Numbered from the stretch's first letter, positions 19,385 to 29,551 are shown. The stretch: DNA of 46,345 nt from Solirubrobacteraceae bacterium (GCA_034664525.1 JAXDHL010000035.1:1-46345), one strand, 5' to 3'. Program-made: numbers and translations. The notes: generated from the sequence alone by a model not told the origin.

Positions 19385-20005
19385 TTACAACCGGACGAGC
19401 AGCATGGTCCACGGGAACGGCGAGCGCGCCTCGACGACCTCGCCGTGGCGCGACAGCAGCTCGACGAACGCGCGCTTGGACCAGTGGTTGAGGTGCCCCG
19501 GCGTGTTGCCGAGGTCCTTCAGGTAGGCGCCGCGGGCCATGTTGACCGCGCGCCACAGCGGCTCGCGCGGGACCGAGACGAGCAGGTGACCGCTCGCCAC
19601 GCGCGCCATCTCGGCGACCGTGTGCGCCGGGTCCGGCACGTGCTCGAGCACCTCGATCGCGGTGGCGACGTCGAACTCGCCGTCGGCGAACGGCAGCTGC
19701 TCGGCCTTCATCACCCGGTACTCGAGGTTGGGGGCGCGGCGGGTCTCCCACTCGGCTTGGATGACCGGATCCTCGAGGTCGATCCCGACGATCCGGCGCT
19801 CGCCGAGGCGCTGCGCCCACCGGTGGGTGAGCACCCCCTCGCCGCAGCCGACGTCGAGCAGCGACCGCGGGTCGGCCTTCGTGAACAGCTCGTCCAGCGT
19901 CGACTCGAAGCCCGCCATCAGGCGCTTGACGACCGGGTTGGTCGAGCCGTACTTGTCGTAGGTGTTGCCGGTGACCGTGCCTTCGGCGTCGCGGGTCACG
20001 CTCAA
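19385..20005 (-). CDS. class I SAM-dependent methyltransferase
   Basis: It has motif I LDVGCGEGV and motif post-I/II (IVGIDL, ATAIEVLEHV). It overlaps the upstream GT2 gene by 4 nt. Confidence 0.85.
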   Translation of the reverse strand: MSVTRDAEGTVTGNTYDKYGSTNPVVKRLMAGFESTLDELFTKADPRSLLDVGCGEGVLTHRWAQRLGERRIVGIDLEDPVIQAEWETRRAPNLEYRVMKAEQLPFADGEFDVATAIEVLEHVPDPAHTVAEMARVASGHLLVSVPREPLWRAVNMARGAYLKDLGNTPGHLNHWSKRAFVELLSRHGEVVEARSPFPWTMLLVRL

Positions 20006-21063
20006 AGCTTCACGGCCTCGTGCTCCTCGGTCCGGCCGCGGTGCGGCGCGGCGTGCGCGCCCGTGGTCGGGAGATGCCCGGCGCGGCTGGGGTCACCCGG
20101 CTCGTAGTGCGAGGGCTCGACGCCGAGCTCGAGCTCGACGCGGCGCACGCGCTCGAACACCCGCTGGAGCATGATCCGCTGGCCGGAGAGCAGGTCGCCG
20201 AGCACGCCCATCGCGGCCAGCACCATGGCGGCGTTGAAGAGCACCGCGCCGAGGATCAGCGACTGGACGTGGCCGCCGCCCTCGCCCTGCACGAACGCGA
20301 CCAGGAAGCGCAGCCAGACCGCGGCGGCGATCAGGAACATCAGCCCGGCCGCCATCATGAACACCTTCAGCGGCTCGTACATCGTGTAGATGCGGAAGAT
20401 CGAGACGCCGTTGCGGCGCACGTAGGACCACATCGACGGGAACAGCCGCGACTCGCGCATCTGCGCGTTGGTGTTGACCGGGACGTGGTCGACCGCGACG
20501 GTGAGCTTGCCGGCCTGGATGATCGTCTCGAGCGTGTAAGTGAACTTCGAGACGACCTGCAGCGACAGCGCCGCCTCGCGGTTGTAGGCGCGGAAGCCGG
20601 ACGTCGTGTCGGGCACGTCGGTGGAGGAGGCCTGGCGCACGACCCACGAGCCGAGCCGCTGCAGCGCCTTCTTGAGCGGCGAGAAGTGCTCGATCGTCTG
20701 GACCTGGCGGTCGCCGACGACCATGTCGGCGCGGCCGGCCAAGATCGGCTCGACGAGCTTGGGGATGTCGCGGGCGTCGTACTGGTTGTCGGCGTCCGTG
20801 TTGACGATCACGTCGGCGCCGAGCTTGAGCGCCGCGTCGAGGCCGGCCTGAAAGCCGGAGGCGAGGCCCTTGTTGTTCGTGAGCCGGACGATGTGGTCGA
20901 CGCCGAGCGCCTTGGCGACCTCGACGGTGTTGTCGGTCGAGCCGTCGTCGATGACGAGCCACTCGACCTCCTCGAAGCCGGCGACCTCGCGCGGGAGGCC
21001 GCGCAGGGTGACGGGGAGGGTGTCCTCCTCGTTGAGGCAGGGGATCTGGATGATGAGCTTCAC
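20002..21063 (-). CDS. GT2-family polyprenyl-phosphate glycosyltransferase (GtrB/DPM1/ArnC-like) with C-terminal TM helices
   Basis: It has a GT-A N-terminus (IIQIPCLNEE, VIDDGSTDNT, NTDADNQY = DxD). Two C-terminal hydrophobic helices (VFMMAAGLMFLIAAAVWL, LILGAVLFNAAMVLAAMGVL) are typical of lipid-phosphate sugar synthases. Confidence 0.85.
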   Translation of the reverse strand: MKLIIQIPCLNEEDTLPVTLRGLPREVAGFEEVEWLVIDDGSTDNTVEVAKALGVDHIVRLTNNKGLASGFQAGLDAALKLGADVIVNTDADNQYDARDIPKLVEPILAGRADMVVGDRQVQTIEHFSPLKKALQRLGSWVVRQASSTDVPDTTSGFRAYNREAALSLQVVSKFTYTLETIIQAGKLTVAVDHVPVNTNAQMRESRLFPSMWSYVRRNGVSIFRIYTMYEPLKVFMMAAGLMFLIAAAVWLRFLVAFVQGEGGGHVQSLILGAVLFNAAMVLAAMGVLGDLLSGQRIMLQRVFERVRRVELELGVEPSHYEPGDPSRAGHLPTTGAHAAPHRGRTEEHEAVKL

Positions 21064-21164
21064 GGCGCCCCGTCAGACTACCCGGCACACGCGGGAGCGA
21101 GCCTTCGAGGCGAGCGAGGGGGCGGAGCCCCCGTGGCGTTGGCCTGCGGGGTTACGGCGAGGTC
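21064..21164. promoter_or_regulatory. divergent intergenic region between the GT2 operon and the GT-C/rib transcription unit
   Basis: About 100 nt of non-coding DNA that must hold both promoters. It contains the small hairpin GGGGGC-gga-GCCCCC (21118-21132). Confidence 0.3.
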
Positions 21165-22625
21165 GTGCCAATACGCTCCCGCGCGATGAAGCCCGGCGTC
21201 GAGCGGTGGGCGGCGATCGCGTTCGCGCTGCTGTGCGTCGCGACGCTCGTCGGCACCCTGGTCTACCCGACCTATCCGAACTACGACTCGTACTACTCGC
21301 TGCTGTGGGGGCGCGAGATCGTGCACGGGCACCTGCCGCACTTCGAGGGCTTCCGGCTGCCGACCGAGCACCCGCTGGCGATCCTCGCGGGCGTGATCCT
21401 GCAGCCGTTCGGCCACTCGGCCGACCGGGTCTGGATCGTCGCGATCCTCGCGTCCTATCTCGCGCTGGTGGCGGGCGTGTACCGCGTCGGCCGGCTCGCG
21501 TTCACGCCGCTGGTGGGCGCGGTCGCGGCGGTGCTGGTGCTGAGCCGGTTCGACTTCGGGTTCCTCGCGGCCCGCGGCTACATCGACATCCCATACCTGG
21601 CGCTGATCGTCTGGGCGGTCGCGCTGGAGGCGGCGCGCCCGCGGCGTGGTGCGCCGGTGTTCGCGCTGCTCGCGCTGGCCGGGCTGCTGCGGCCCGAGGC
21701 GTGGCTGCTCTCCGGCCTGTACTTCCTGTGGATGAGCTGGAAGGCGACCTGGCCGGAGCGGGCGAAGTGGCTGGCCTGGGCGGCGATCGCGCCGGTCGGC
21801 TGGTGCCTGGTGGACGGGATCGTGACGGGCGACCCGCTGTTCAGCCTCCACTACACGAGCGACTCGGCCGAGGTCCTCGGGCGGGCCAAGACGCTCGGCG
21901 AGCTGCCGGCGGCGATCCCGGCGTTCCTGGCCGACATCGTCAAGCCGCCCGTGCTGATCGCCGCGCTGGCAGGTCTGTTCGCGTCGGTCCTGCTGGTGCC
22001 AAAGCGCGTCGTCTGGCCCGGCCTGCTGCTGCTGTCCGGGATCGGGACGTTCGTGGCGATCGGGATCGCCGGGCTGTCGATCATCGAGCGCTACCTCGTC
22101 GTGGCGGCGCTGGCGGTGCTGATCTTCGCGGCGGTGGCGGTCGGCGGCTGGACGCTGCTCGAGCCGGGGACGCGCCTGCGCCGCGTCTGGGCGGGCGCAG
22201 CCACCGCCGGGGTCGTGTTCGTGGTCGTGCTGACCGCGCTGCACCTCGACCTCGGGCACTTCGACAACGAGCTGACCTTCCGCGGCGACGCGCACGTGGC
22301 GCTGTCGAAGATCCTCGACACCCCGGCGGTGCGCCGCGACCTGCGCTGCGGCCCGCTGACGGTGCCCAACCACAAGCTGGTGCCCGACTCGCGCTGGCTC
22401 GCCGACCTCCCCTTCGAGCGCGTCTGGGCGCGGGCGCAGGTGGCGTCGAAGGCGTATCCGGAGCGCCCGCAGCGCAAGGGCGTCCAGCTGTTCGTGCTCG
22501 GGCGCTTCGCGATCTTCAAGCAGGCGTACACGAACGATCTCGACCCGGCCACGATCGAGCTGCCGCCCGCGGGCTGGCGGCTGGTGGCACGGACCGCGTA
22601 CTACGCCGCCTATGCGCGCTGCTGA
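21165..22625 (+). CDS. polytopic membrane protein, GT-C-fold glycosyltransferase-like
   Basis: 486 aa from GTG 21165, with ATG 21186 as an alternative. It has many TM helices followed by a soluble C-terminal ~130 aa, and it pairs with the ArnT/PMT-like gene downstream (14-nt overlap). Confidence 0.55.
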   Translation: MPIRSRAMKPGVERWAAIAFALLCVATLVGTLVYPTYPNYDSYYSLLWGREIVHGHLPHFEGFRLPTEHPLAILAGVILQPFGHSADRVWIVAILASYLALVAGVYRVGRLAFTPLVGAVAAVLVLSRFDFGFLAARGYIDIPYLALIVWAVALEAARPRRGAPVFALLALAGLLRPEAWLLSGLYFLWMSWKATWPERAKWLAWAAIAPVGWCLVDGIVTGDPLFSLHYTSDSAEVLGRAKTLGELPAAIPAFLADIVKPPVLIAALAGLFASVLLVPKRVVWPGLLLLSGIGTFVAIGIAGLSIIERYLVVAALAVLIFAAVAVGGWTLLEPGTRLRRVWAGAATAGVVFVVVLTALHLDLGHFDNELTFRGDAHVALSKILDTPAVRRDLRCGPLTVPNHKLVPDSRWLADLPFERVWARAQVASKAYPERPQRKGVQLFVLGRFAIFKQAYTNDLDPATIELPPAGWRLVARTAYYAAYARC

Positions 22626-24294
22626 CAAGCGGCCGTTCCTGCTCGGCCTCGGGCTGGTCCTGCTGGCGGCGTTCCTGCTGCGGATCTGGGGGCTGCGGAG
22701 CGGGTTGCCGTTCCTCTACAACGTCGACGAGGGCTCGCACTTCGTGCCGCGGGCGATCGGGATGTTCGACCACTCGTACGACCCGGGCTACTTCATCAAC
22801 CCGCCCGCGTTCACGTACCTGCTGCACGCCGCGTTCTGGCTGCGCTGGGGCGGGACCGGCGTGCGCGAGCAGTTCGCCGCCGACCCGACGCCGGTCTTCG
22901 CGCTCGCCCGCGCGCTGAGCGCGCTGCTGGGCACCGCCGCCGCCGGGCTGCTGGCGTGGGCGGCGGTGCGGCTGTTCGACCGCCGCGTCGCGCTGGTCGC
23001 GGCGGGGCTGCTGGCGGTCGCCTTCCTCCCGGTCCACTACGGCCACTTCGCGCTCAACGACTCGCCGACGCTCGCGCCCGTGTGCCTGTCGCTGCTCGGG
23101 ACGGCCGGCGTCTACCGGCGCGGCCGGACGCGCGACTACGTGCTGGCCGGGATCGGCGTGGGCCTGGCGACGGCCACGAAGTACACGGCCGGGATCGTGG
23201 TCGTCCCGCTGCTGGGGGCCGCGCTGGTCGGGCCCGGCTCGCCCGGACGCCGGCTGCGCGACCTCGTCCTGGCGGGCGCCATCTCGCTGGCCGCGTTCCT
23301 GGTCGCCAACCCGTACGCGGTGCTGGACTTCCACCAGTTCCGGCTCGGCCTGCAAGACCAGTCGGCCGCCAGCTCGGACGGCGGTGGCAAGCTCGGCCTG
23401 AGCGACCAGCACGGGCTCACCTACTACGCCGGGACGCTCGCCTGGGGGCTCGGGATCGTGCCCGCCTTGGCGGCGCTCGGCGGCGCGATCTGGCTCACCA
23501 TCCGCGACCGGCGGCTGGCGGCGGTGCTCGTCCCGATGCCGCTGCTCTACCTGGCATTCATGGGGCTGCAGGACCGCTTCTTCGCGCGCTGGCTGCTGCC
23601 GATCTACCCCGTCGTGATCCTGCTCGCCGCGTGGGCCGCCGTCGAAGCGCTGTCGCGGCTCCCGCGCCTCCCGGCGTGGGCGCCGGCGGCGATCGCCGCG
23701 CTGCTGCTGGGCATCCAGGGCTTGGTCTACGCCGTCCACAACGACCAGGTGCTCGCCCGCAGCGACACCCGCGCGCTCGCCCGCGCCTGGATGGTGCGCC
23801 ACATCCCGGAGGGCTCGAAGGTCGTGCTGGAGCCGATCACGCCCGACCCGTGGGTGACCGATCCGGGCGATCCGAGTCCGCGGACTCCGAACGGCGCCCG
23901 CTGGCTCAAGCGCCCGGGCTCGCACTTCGCGATCTCGCCGTCCGGGCACAAGACCCTGCTGAGCACCGTCAAGCTCGAGGACTACGAGCGCACGCTGCGC
24001 CCCGACCTGGTCGGCTCCTACACCCGCGGCGGCTTCTGCTGGGTGATCACGGGGTCCACCCAGTACGGGCGGTCGGCCGTGGAGCCACGCCAGGCGCCGT
24101 ATGCGATCCGCTACTACCGCCGGCTGCGCGAGGTCGGGCGGGTCGTGTTCACGATCAGCCCGCTGCGCCGCGGCACCGACGAGCCGGCGTTCTCGTTCGA
24201 CGACTCCTTCAACTACCGGCCGCTCGGCTACACGCGGCCGGGACCGAAGATCGTGATCTATCGGCTGCGGGGCAACCGCTGCGGCGTATCCTGA
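22612..24294 (+). CDS. ArnT/PMT-like (GT39-type) GT-C glycosyltransferase
   Basis: The N-terminus (LLRIWGLRSGLPFLYNVDEGSHF) has the acidic DE motif in the first extracytoplasmic loop typical of polyprenyl-phosphate-sugar-dependent GT-C enzymes. It has about 11 TM helices plus a soluble C-terminal domain. Confidence 0.75.
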   Translation: MRAADKRPFLLGLGLVLLAAFLLRIWGLRSGLPFLYNVDEGSHFVPRAIGMFDHSYDPGYFINPPAFTYLLHAAFWLRWGGTGVREQFAADPTPVFALARALSALLGTAAAGLLAWAAVRLFDRRVALVAAGLLAVAFLPVHYGHFALNDSPTLAPVCLSLLGTAGVYRRGRTRDYVLAGIGVGLATATKYTAGIVVVPLLGAALVGPGSPGRRLRDLVLAGAISLAAFLVANPYAVLDFHQFRLGLQDQSAASSDGGGKLGLSDQHGLTYYAGTLAWGLGIVPALAALGGAIWLTIRDRRLAAVLVPMPLLYLAFMGLQDRFFARWLLPIYPVVILLAAWAAVEALSRLPRLPAWAPAAIAALLLGIQGLVYAVHNDQVLARSDTRALARAWMVRHIPEGSKVVLEPITPDPWVTDPGDPSPRTPNGARWLKRPGSHFAISPSGHKTLLSTVKLEDYERTLRPDLVGSYTRGGFCWVITGSTQYGRSAVEPRQAPYAIRYYRRLREVGRVVFTISPLRRGTDEPAFSFDDSFNYRPLGYTRPGPKIVIYRLRGNRCGVS

Positions 24295-24301
24295 GCGGTC
24301 C

Positions 24302-25423
24302 TTGCCGACGCTGCTGGATACCGACCTCGCGCACCTGGCCCGTGCCGTCGACCTGGCCGAGCGCGGGCGCGGGCGGACCTCGCCCAACCCGCTCGTCGGC
24401 GCGGTCGTCGTCGCCGACGGCGAGGTGCTCGGCGAGGGCTGGCACACGCGCGCCGGCGCGCTGCACGCCGAGCGCGAGGCGCTGGCCGCCTGCGCCGGCG
24501 CCGACACCGCCGGCGCGACGATCTATGTGTCGCTGGAGCCGTGCTGCCACCACGGTCGCACGCCGCCGTGCACCGACGCGATCGTCGAGGCGGGGATCGC
24601 CCGCGTCGTGATCGCGTCCGAGGACCCGTCCAAGCACGCCTCCGGCCGCGGCCCCGGGATCCTGCGCGACGAGGGCATCGAGGTGCTGTTCGCCGAGGGC
24701 GAGCTGGCCGCCCGCGCCCGCCGGCTGAACCAGCCGTTCCGCAAGCACACCCGCACCGGGCGCCCGCACGTGCGCTTCAAGTCGGCGATGACGCTCGACG
24801 GCAAGGTCGCGACCCGGACCGGGGACTCCAAGTGGATCTCGGGCGAGGACTCGCGGGCCCGCGCGCACGCCTGGCGCGCCGAGGCGGACGCGGTCGTGGT
24901 CGGGATCGGGACCGCGCTGGCCGACGATCCGCAGCTGACCGCCCGGATCGACGGCGTCGAGCGCCAGCCGCGCCGCGTGGTCTTCGACTCCGAGGGCCGG
25001 CTGCCGCTGCACTCGGTCCTGGTGCGCGGCGCGCACGAGGTGCCGCTGACCGTCGTGGTCGGCCGCGCAGCCCCGCGCACCGCGACGGATGCGCTCGAGG
25101 TCGCCGGCGCCGAGGTGATCGTGGCCACGGGCGAGAACGAGCCCGCCCGCGTGCGCTCCGCGCTCGACCAGCTCGGCGCCTCAGGCATCACCTCGATCCT
25201 GCTCGAGGGCGGCCCCCACCTGGCCGGCGCCTTCCTGGACGCGGGCGAGGTGGACTGCGTGGCGCTGTTCATCGCGCCGGTCGTGCTCGGGGGCGGCAAC
25301 GCGCGCGACCCGATCGAGGGCGAGGGGGCCGAGCGGATCGCCGACGCCGTCCGCGCGCTGTCGCTGTCCGTCGAGCGGATCGGCGACGACGTGCTGCTCG
25401 AAGCCCGCATGAAAGAGTGGTGA
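24302..25423 (+). CDS. ribD: bifunctional riboflavin biosynthesis deaminase/reductase RibD
   Basis: It uses a TTG start. It has the deaminase zinc motifs HAEREAL and [12 protein letters not shown], and a reductase half ([18 protein letters not shown]). Confidence 0.92.
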   Translation: MPTLLDTDLAHLARAVDLAERGRGRTSPNPLVGAVVVADGEVLGEGWHTRAGALHAEREALAACAGADTAGATIYVSLEPCCHHGRTPPCTDAIVEAGIARVVIASEDPSKHASGRGPGILRDEGIEVLFAEGELAARARRLNQPFRKHTRTGRPHVRFKSAMTLDGKVATRTGDSKWISGEDSRARAHAWRAEADAVVVGIGTALADDPQLTARIDGVERQPRRVVFDSEGRLPLHSVLVRGAHEVPLTVVVGRAAPRTATDALEVAGAEVIVATGENEPARVRSALDQLGASGITSILLEGGPHLAGAFLDAGEVDCVALFIAPVVLGGGNARDPIEGEGAERIADAVRALSLSVERIGDDVLLEARMKEW

Positions 25424-25428
25424 GGACC

Positions 25429-26013
25429 GTGTTCACGGGCCTTGTCATGGATCTCGGAGAGGTGCAGGCGGTCGAGTCGACCGGCGAGGGCGTGCGCCTG
25501 CGGATCGGCACCGCGCTGGCTCCGGAGATCAGCCCCGGGGACTCGGTGGCCGTCAACGGCGTGTGCCTGACCGCGGTCGAGGTGCTCGACTCGGCGTTCA
25601 TCGCCGACGTGATGAACGAGACCGTCGCCCGCTCGTCGCTGCGCGAGAACCGCGACGTGGTGAACCTCGAGCTGCCGCTGCGGCCCGCCGACCGCCTCGG
25701 CGGGCACGTGGTGCAGGGACACGTGGACGGGACCGGCCGGGTGGCGGGGGTTCAGGAGGACGGCTTCGCCCGCCGGGTGCGGGTCGAGCCCGACGACCAG
25801 GGACTGCTGCGGTACGTGGTCGAGAAGGGCTCGATCGCGATCGACGGCGTGTCGCTGACCGTGTCCGCGCTCGACGAGCGCGGATTCGAGGTCTCGCTGA
25901 TCCCGGAGACGCTGGAGCGCACGACGCTCGGCCGCACGGCGCCGGGGGAGCAGGTCAACCTGGAGGTCGACGTGCTCGCCAAATACGTAGAGAGGCTGGT
26001 CAACCGCCCATGA
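25429..26013 (+). CDS. ribE: riboflavin synthase (alpha chain)
   Basis: It starts at GTG 25429 (V)FTGLV..., which gives the canonical N-terminus. It has the duplicated barrel motifs [12 protein letters not shown] and [18 protein letters not shown] lies 11 nt upstream. Confidence 0.9.
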   Translation: MFTGLVMDLGEVQAVESTGEGVRLRIGTALAPEISPGDSVAVNGVCLTAVEVLDSAFIADVMNETVARSSLRENRDVVNLELPLRPADRLGGHVVQGHVDGTGRVAGVQEDGFARRVRVEPDDQGLLRYVVEKGSIAIDGVSLTVSALDERGFEVSLIPETLERTTLGRTAPGEQVNLEVDVLAKYVERLVNRP

Positions 26014-27281
26014 GCACCCACACCGCGACCTTCTCGTCCATCGAGGACGCGATCGAGGACATCCGCGCCGGCCGGATGGTCGTCGTCTGCGACGACGAGG
26101 ATCGCGAGAACGAGGGCGACCTCGTCCTGGCCGCGCAGTTCGCGACGCCCGAGACGATCAACTTCATGGCCAAGGAGGCGCGCGGGCTGATCTGCCTGGC
26201 GCTGACGGCCGAGCGCTGCGACGAGCTCGGCCTGGACCTGATGGCCGCGAAGAACGAGGACCCGCTCAAGACGGCGTTCACGGTCTCGATCGACGCCCGC
26301 GAGGGGACGACCACCGGCATCAGCGCCGCCGAGCGCGCGCACACCGTGCAGGTCGCGATCGCGCGCAGCACGCGGCCCCACGACCTGATCCACGGCGGGC
26401 ACGTGTTCCCGCTGAAGGCCAAGGACGGCGGCGTGCTCGAGCGCGTCGGCCACACCGAGGCGTCGATCGACCTCGCGCGCCTGGCCGGCCTCACGCCGGC
26501 CGGCGTGATCTGCGAGATCCAGAACGACGACGGCTCGATGGCGCGCGTGCCCGACCTGATCGACTACACCCGCCGGCACGGGCTCAAGCTGATCACGATC
26601 GCCGACCTGGTCGCCTACCGCCGCCGCCACGACAAGCTGATCGAGCGCGTGGTGGAGACCAACCTGCCGACCGCGTACGGCGAGTTCCGCGCCGTCGGCT
26701 ACCGCTCGCTGGTGGACGACAAGCACCACGTCGCGATGGTCAAGGGGGAGGTCGCGGGCAGGGAGGACGTGCTCGTGCGCGTCCACTCCGAGTGCCTCAC
26801 CGGCGACGTCTTCCACTCGCTGCGCTGCGACTGCGGCGAGCAGCTCGAGTCGGCGCTGGCGCAGATCGAGCGCGAGGGCCGCGGCGTCCTGCTCTACCTC
26901 GCCCAGGAGGGCCGGGGGATCGGCCTGCTCAACAAGCTCAAGGCATACAACCTGCAGGACGAGGGCTATGACACCGTGGACGCGAACCTGCGGCTCGGCC
27001 TGCCGGTCGACCTGCGCGACTACGGCATCGGCGCGCAGATCCTGGGCGACCTCGGCCTGTCGAGCATCCGCATCCTCACCAACAACCCGAAGAAGATCCG
27101 CGGCCTCGAGGGCTACGGGCTGTCGGTGACCGAGCAGGTGCCGATCGTGCACGCCCCCAACCCGCACAACGAGCGCTACCTGGCCGCCAAGCGTGACCGC
27201 CTCGGCCACTCGATCCACCACCAGGCGCTGCCGCTCGACGAGGAGATGGTGGCCGAGGAGCACCGGCGTGACGAGCGCTAG
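26010..27281 (+). CDS. ribBA: bifunctional 3,4-dihydroxy-2-butanone-4-phosphate synthase / GTP cyclohydrolase II
   Basis: Its ATG overlaps the ribE stop (ATGA). The DHBPS half has [12 protein letters not shown] and the GCHII half has [18 protein letters not shown]. Confidence 0.93.
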   Translation: MSTHTATFSSIEDAIEDIRAGRMVVVCDDEDRENEGDLVLAAQFATPETINFMAKEARGLICLALTAERCDELGLDLMAAKNEDPLKTAFTVSIDAREGTTTGISAAERAHTVQVAIARSTRPHDLIHGGHVFPLKAKDGGVLERVGHTEASIDLARLAGLTPAGVICEIQNDDGSMARVPDLIDYTRRHGLKLITIADLVAYRRRHDKLIERVVETNLPTAYGEFRAVGYRSLVDDKHHVAMVKGEVAGREDVLVRVHSECLTGDVFHSLRCDCGEQLESALAQIEREGRGVLLYLAQEGRGIGLLNKLKAYNLQDEGYDTVDANLRLGLPVDLRDYGIGAQILGDLGLSSIRILTNNPKKIRGLEGYGLSVTEQVPIVHAPNPHNERYLAAKRDRLGHSIHHQALPLDEEMVAEEHRRDER

Positions 27282-27702
27282 CCGCTACGCGATCGTCGTC
27301 GCCCGCTTCTACGAGGACCTCGCCGACCGGCTCGTGGCCGGCGCCCAGCGGGCGCTGACGGCCTCCGGCGCCGAGGCGGCGGAGGTGTTCGACGTCCCGG
27401 GCGCGTTCGAGCTGCCGATGGCCGCGAAGGTGCTGGCGGAGACCGGCTCCTACGCGGGCGTGATCTGCCTCGGCGCGGTCATCCGCGGGGAGACCGACCA
27501 CTACGACTTCGTGTGCGCGGAGGCGGCCCGCGGGATCCAGCAGGTGCAGCTCGAGACCGGCGTGCCGTGCGGGTTCGGCGTGCTGACCGTCGACACCTAC
27601 GAGCAGGCGCTCGCCCGCTCGGGGGAGGGCAAGCGCGACTCGGGCGCGCATGCGGCCGAGGCCGTGCTGGCCGTCGCCCGCATCAAGGCCGCGGTCGCCT
27701 AG
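27268..27702 (+). CDS. ribH: 6,7-dimethyl-8-ribityllumazine synthase
   Basis: It starts at GTG 27268, after GAGGAG, and overlaps the ribBA end by 14 nt. Motifs include [16 protein letters not shown] and [19 protein letters not shown]. Confidence 0.9.
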   Translation: MTSASRYAIVVARFYEDLADRLVAGAQRALTASGAEAAEVFDVPGAFELPMAAKVLAETGSYAGVICLGAVIRGETDHYDFVCAEAARGIQQVQLETGVPCGFGVLTVDTYEQALARSGEGKRDSGAHAAEAVLAVARIKAAVA

Positions 27703-29246
27703 CCCTTCTTGCCCTTGGCCTTGCCGTGGGCCTTCTTGCCCGCGCCGGCGCCGCTGCCGCCGCAGTCCTGGCCGGCGGCGGCGCAGGCCGAATCGAGCTC
27801 CTTCTGCACGACGTCGGGCTGGTTGTCCGGGAAGCGCTGGAGGCGCTGCTGCAGGTAGGGGATCGCCGAGGCGGGGTCGCCCGAGCGGTTCAGGGCGGCG
27901 CCGAGATTGAACAGCGCATAGGCGCACGCCAGCGCCGTCGAGCTCCCGCAGCCGTCGACGGCCTTCTTGAAGTACGGGATCGAGCCCTTGGAGTCGCCCG
28001 CCTGGAGGAGCTTGTAGCCGGCGTCATTGAGCGCCGCGGGATCGCTCCCGGAGGGCCCGGCGGCGGTCTGGGTCGGCGCCGCCGTCTGGGTCGCCGCCGC
28101 CGTCGCGGTCGACGTCGCGGTGGCGTGCGGCGTCTGCTGGGCCTTGGCGGTCTTGCCGGCCGTCGGCGTCGGCGTGGCGGCGGACCGGTCCTTGCCGTCG
28201 TTCCCGCCGCCGAGCGCGATCGCCGCCGCGGCGATGGCGACGAGGATCAGCGCCGCGGCGGCGAGCAGCGCGGCGGGGAACGAGCGCCGGTCGCCGCGCG
28301 CCGGCGGGGCGGGAGGCCGCTGCCCGGGTGGCGGCGGCGGCGCGACGGCGGTCGCCGGCAGCGCCCGGGTGCGCTCGGTCGGCTCGGGCACCAGCGCGTC
28401 GCCCAGCGCGTCCACGAACGCGGTCGCCGACGGCCAGCGGTCGGCCGGCTCCTTGGCCATCCCGCGGCGCAGCACGGCGTCGACCTCGCGCGGCAGCCGT
28501 GGGTTGCGCTCGGATGCCGGCGGCACCGGGTCCTCGATGTGCGCACGCGCCTGGGCGGCGAAGTGCGGCCCCTCGAACGGCTTGGTGCCCGACAGCAGCT
28601 CGTAGGCGACGGCCGCCAGCGAGTAGCGGTCCGAGGCGGCGGTGGCCGGCTCGCCCATCGCCTGCTCAGGGGAGATGTAGGCGGCCGTGCCGAGCACCTG
28701 GCCGGTCTGGGTCACCTGCTCAGTCTCCCAGGCCAGGCGGGCGATCCCGAAGTCGGCGACCGCCACGCGGTCGTGCTCGTCGAGCAGCAGGTTGGCCGGC
28801 TTGATGTCGCGGTGCACGACCCCGCGGCCGTGCGCCGCGTCGAGCGCCTCGGCGGTCGCCCGCAGCCAGCCCAGGGCGCGGTCGGGCGCGATCGGGCCGC
28901 TAGTGATCTGCTCGCCGAGCGTGCCGCCGGTCCGGCGCTCCATGACGATGAACGAGCGGCCGCCGTGCTCGCCGACGTCGAAGATCGTCACCACCGCCGC
29001 GTGGGAGGACAGGGCGGCCGCGGCCCGCGCCTCGCGCTGGAAGCGGCGCCGCGCGGCCTCGTCGGAGCTCAGGTGCTCCGCGAGCACCTTGACGGCGACG
29101 GGACGGTCGAGCACCGTGTCGTGGGCGGCGTACACGGCAGCCATGCCACCGGCCGCTATCCCGCCCTCGAGGCGGTAACGGTCAGGCAGCGAAAACGGGG
29201 CCAGGGGGGCCGGCATCCCCCCGACGCTACCCCACGGCCCGACCAC
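27699..29246 (-). CDS. Hanks-type Ser/Thr protein kinase with single TM helix and extracytoplasmic Cys-containing TPR-like domain
   Basis: Kinase motifs are [27 protein letters not shown] and SPEQ. These are followed by a Pro-rich linker, a TM helix ([20 protein letters not shown]), a TPR-like module and a Lys-rich tail. The likely start is ATG 29216 (MPAPLAPF...). Confidence 0.88.
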   Translation of the reverse strand: MVGPWGSVGGMPAPLAPFSLPDRYRLEGGIAAGGMAAVYAAHDTVLDRPVAVKVLAEHLSSDEAARRRFQREARAAAALSSHAAVVTIFDVGEHGGRSFIVMERRTGGTLGEQITSGPIAPDRALGWLRATAEALDAAHGRGVVHRDIKPANLLLDEHDRVAVADFGIARLAWETEQVTQTGQVLGTAAYISPEQAMGEPATAASDRYSLAAVAYELLSGTKPFEGPHFAAQARAHIEDPVPPASERNPRLPREVDAVLRRGMAKEPADRWPSATAFVDALGDALVPEPTERTRALPATAVAPPPPPGQRPPAPPARGDRRSFPAALLAAAALILVAIAAAAIALGGGNDGKDRSAATPTPTAGKTAKAQQTPHATATSTATAAATQTAAPTQTAAGPSGSDPAALNDAGYKLLQAGDSKGSIPYFKKAVDGCGSSTALACAYALFNLGAALNRSGDPASAIPYLQQRLQRFPDNQPDVVQKELDSACAAAGQDCGGSGAGAGKKAHGKAKGKKG

Positions 29247-29263
29247 CTATACTTGCCCGCCGC

Positions 29264-29452
29264 ATGGCTCGAGTCTGTCATTCCTGCGGCAAGCGCCCCG
29301 CCTTCGGGCAGAGCCGCTCCCACTCCATGGTCGCCACCAAGCGGCGGTTCGATCCCAACCTTCAAAAGGTCCGGATCGTGGAGAAGGGCGCTCCGCTGCG
29401 CGCGTACGTCTGCACGCGCTGCCTGAAGGCCGGCAAGGTCACCAAGGCCTAG
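29264..29452 (+). CDS. rpmB: 50S ribosomal protein L28 (Cys-containing, zinc-ribbon form)
   Basis: 62 aa ([12 protein letters not shown]...[18 protein letters not shown]...[10 protein letters not shown]). It has two CxxC pairs. Confidence 0.92.
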   Translation: MARVCHSCGKRPAFGQSRSHSMVATKRRFDPNLQKVRIVEKGAPLRAYVCTRCLKAGKVTKA

Positions 29453-29551
29453 CCGCCTCCTCGCTCACCTCGCACGCTCGCGAAGTCTCCCCGCACGCAG
29501 CGGACGGTTCCGCCCGCCCGCCGCCGCGGCACGGGCTAGCATCGTCGCGCG

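Noticed and set aside
17893-19491. 532-aa plus-strand and 444-aa minus-strand (17900..19234) ORFs over the flippase region.
   Set aside because: Their translations are highly charged and Arg/Asp/Gly-rich. The 18067..19383 minus frame gives a coherent protein with about 12 hydrophobic helices.
24200-24310. Expected FMN (RFN) riboswitch upstream of ribD.
   Set aside because: Only 7 nt separate the preceding gene from ribD. I recognise none of the conserved RFN core segments in the flanking sequence. This absence is reported as an observation rather than as a feature.
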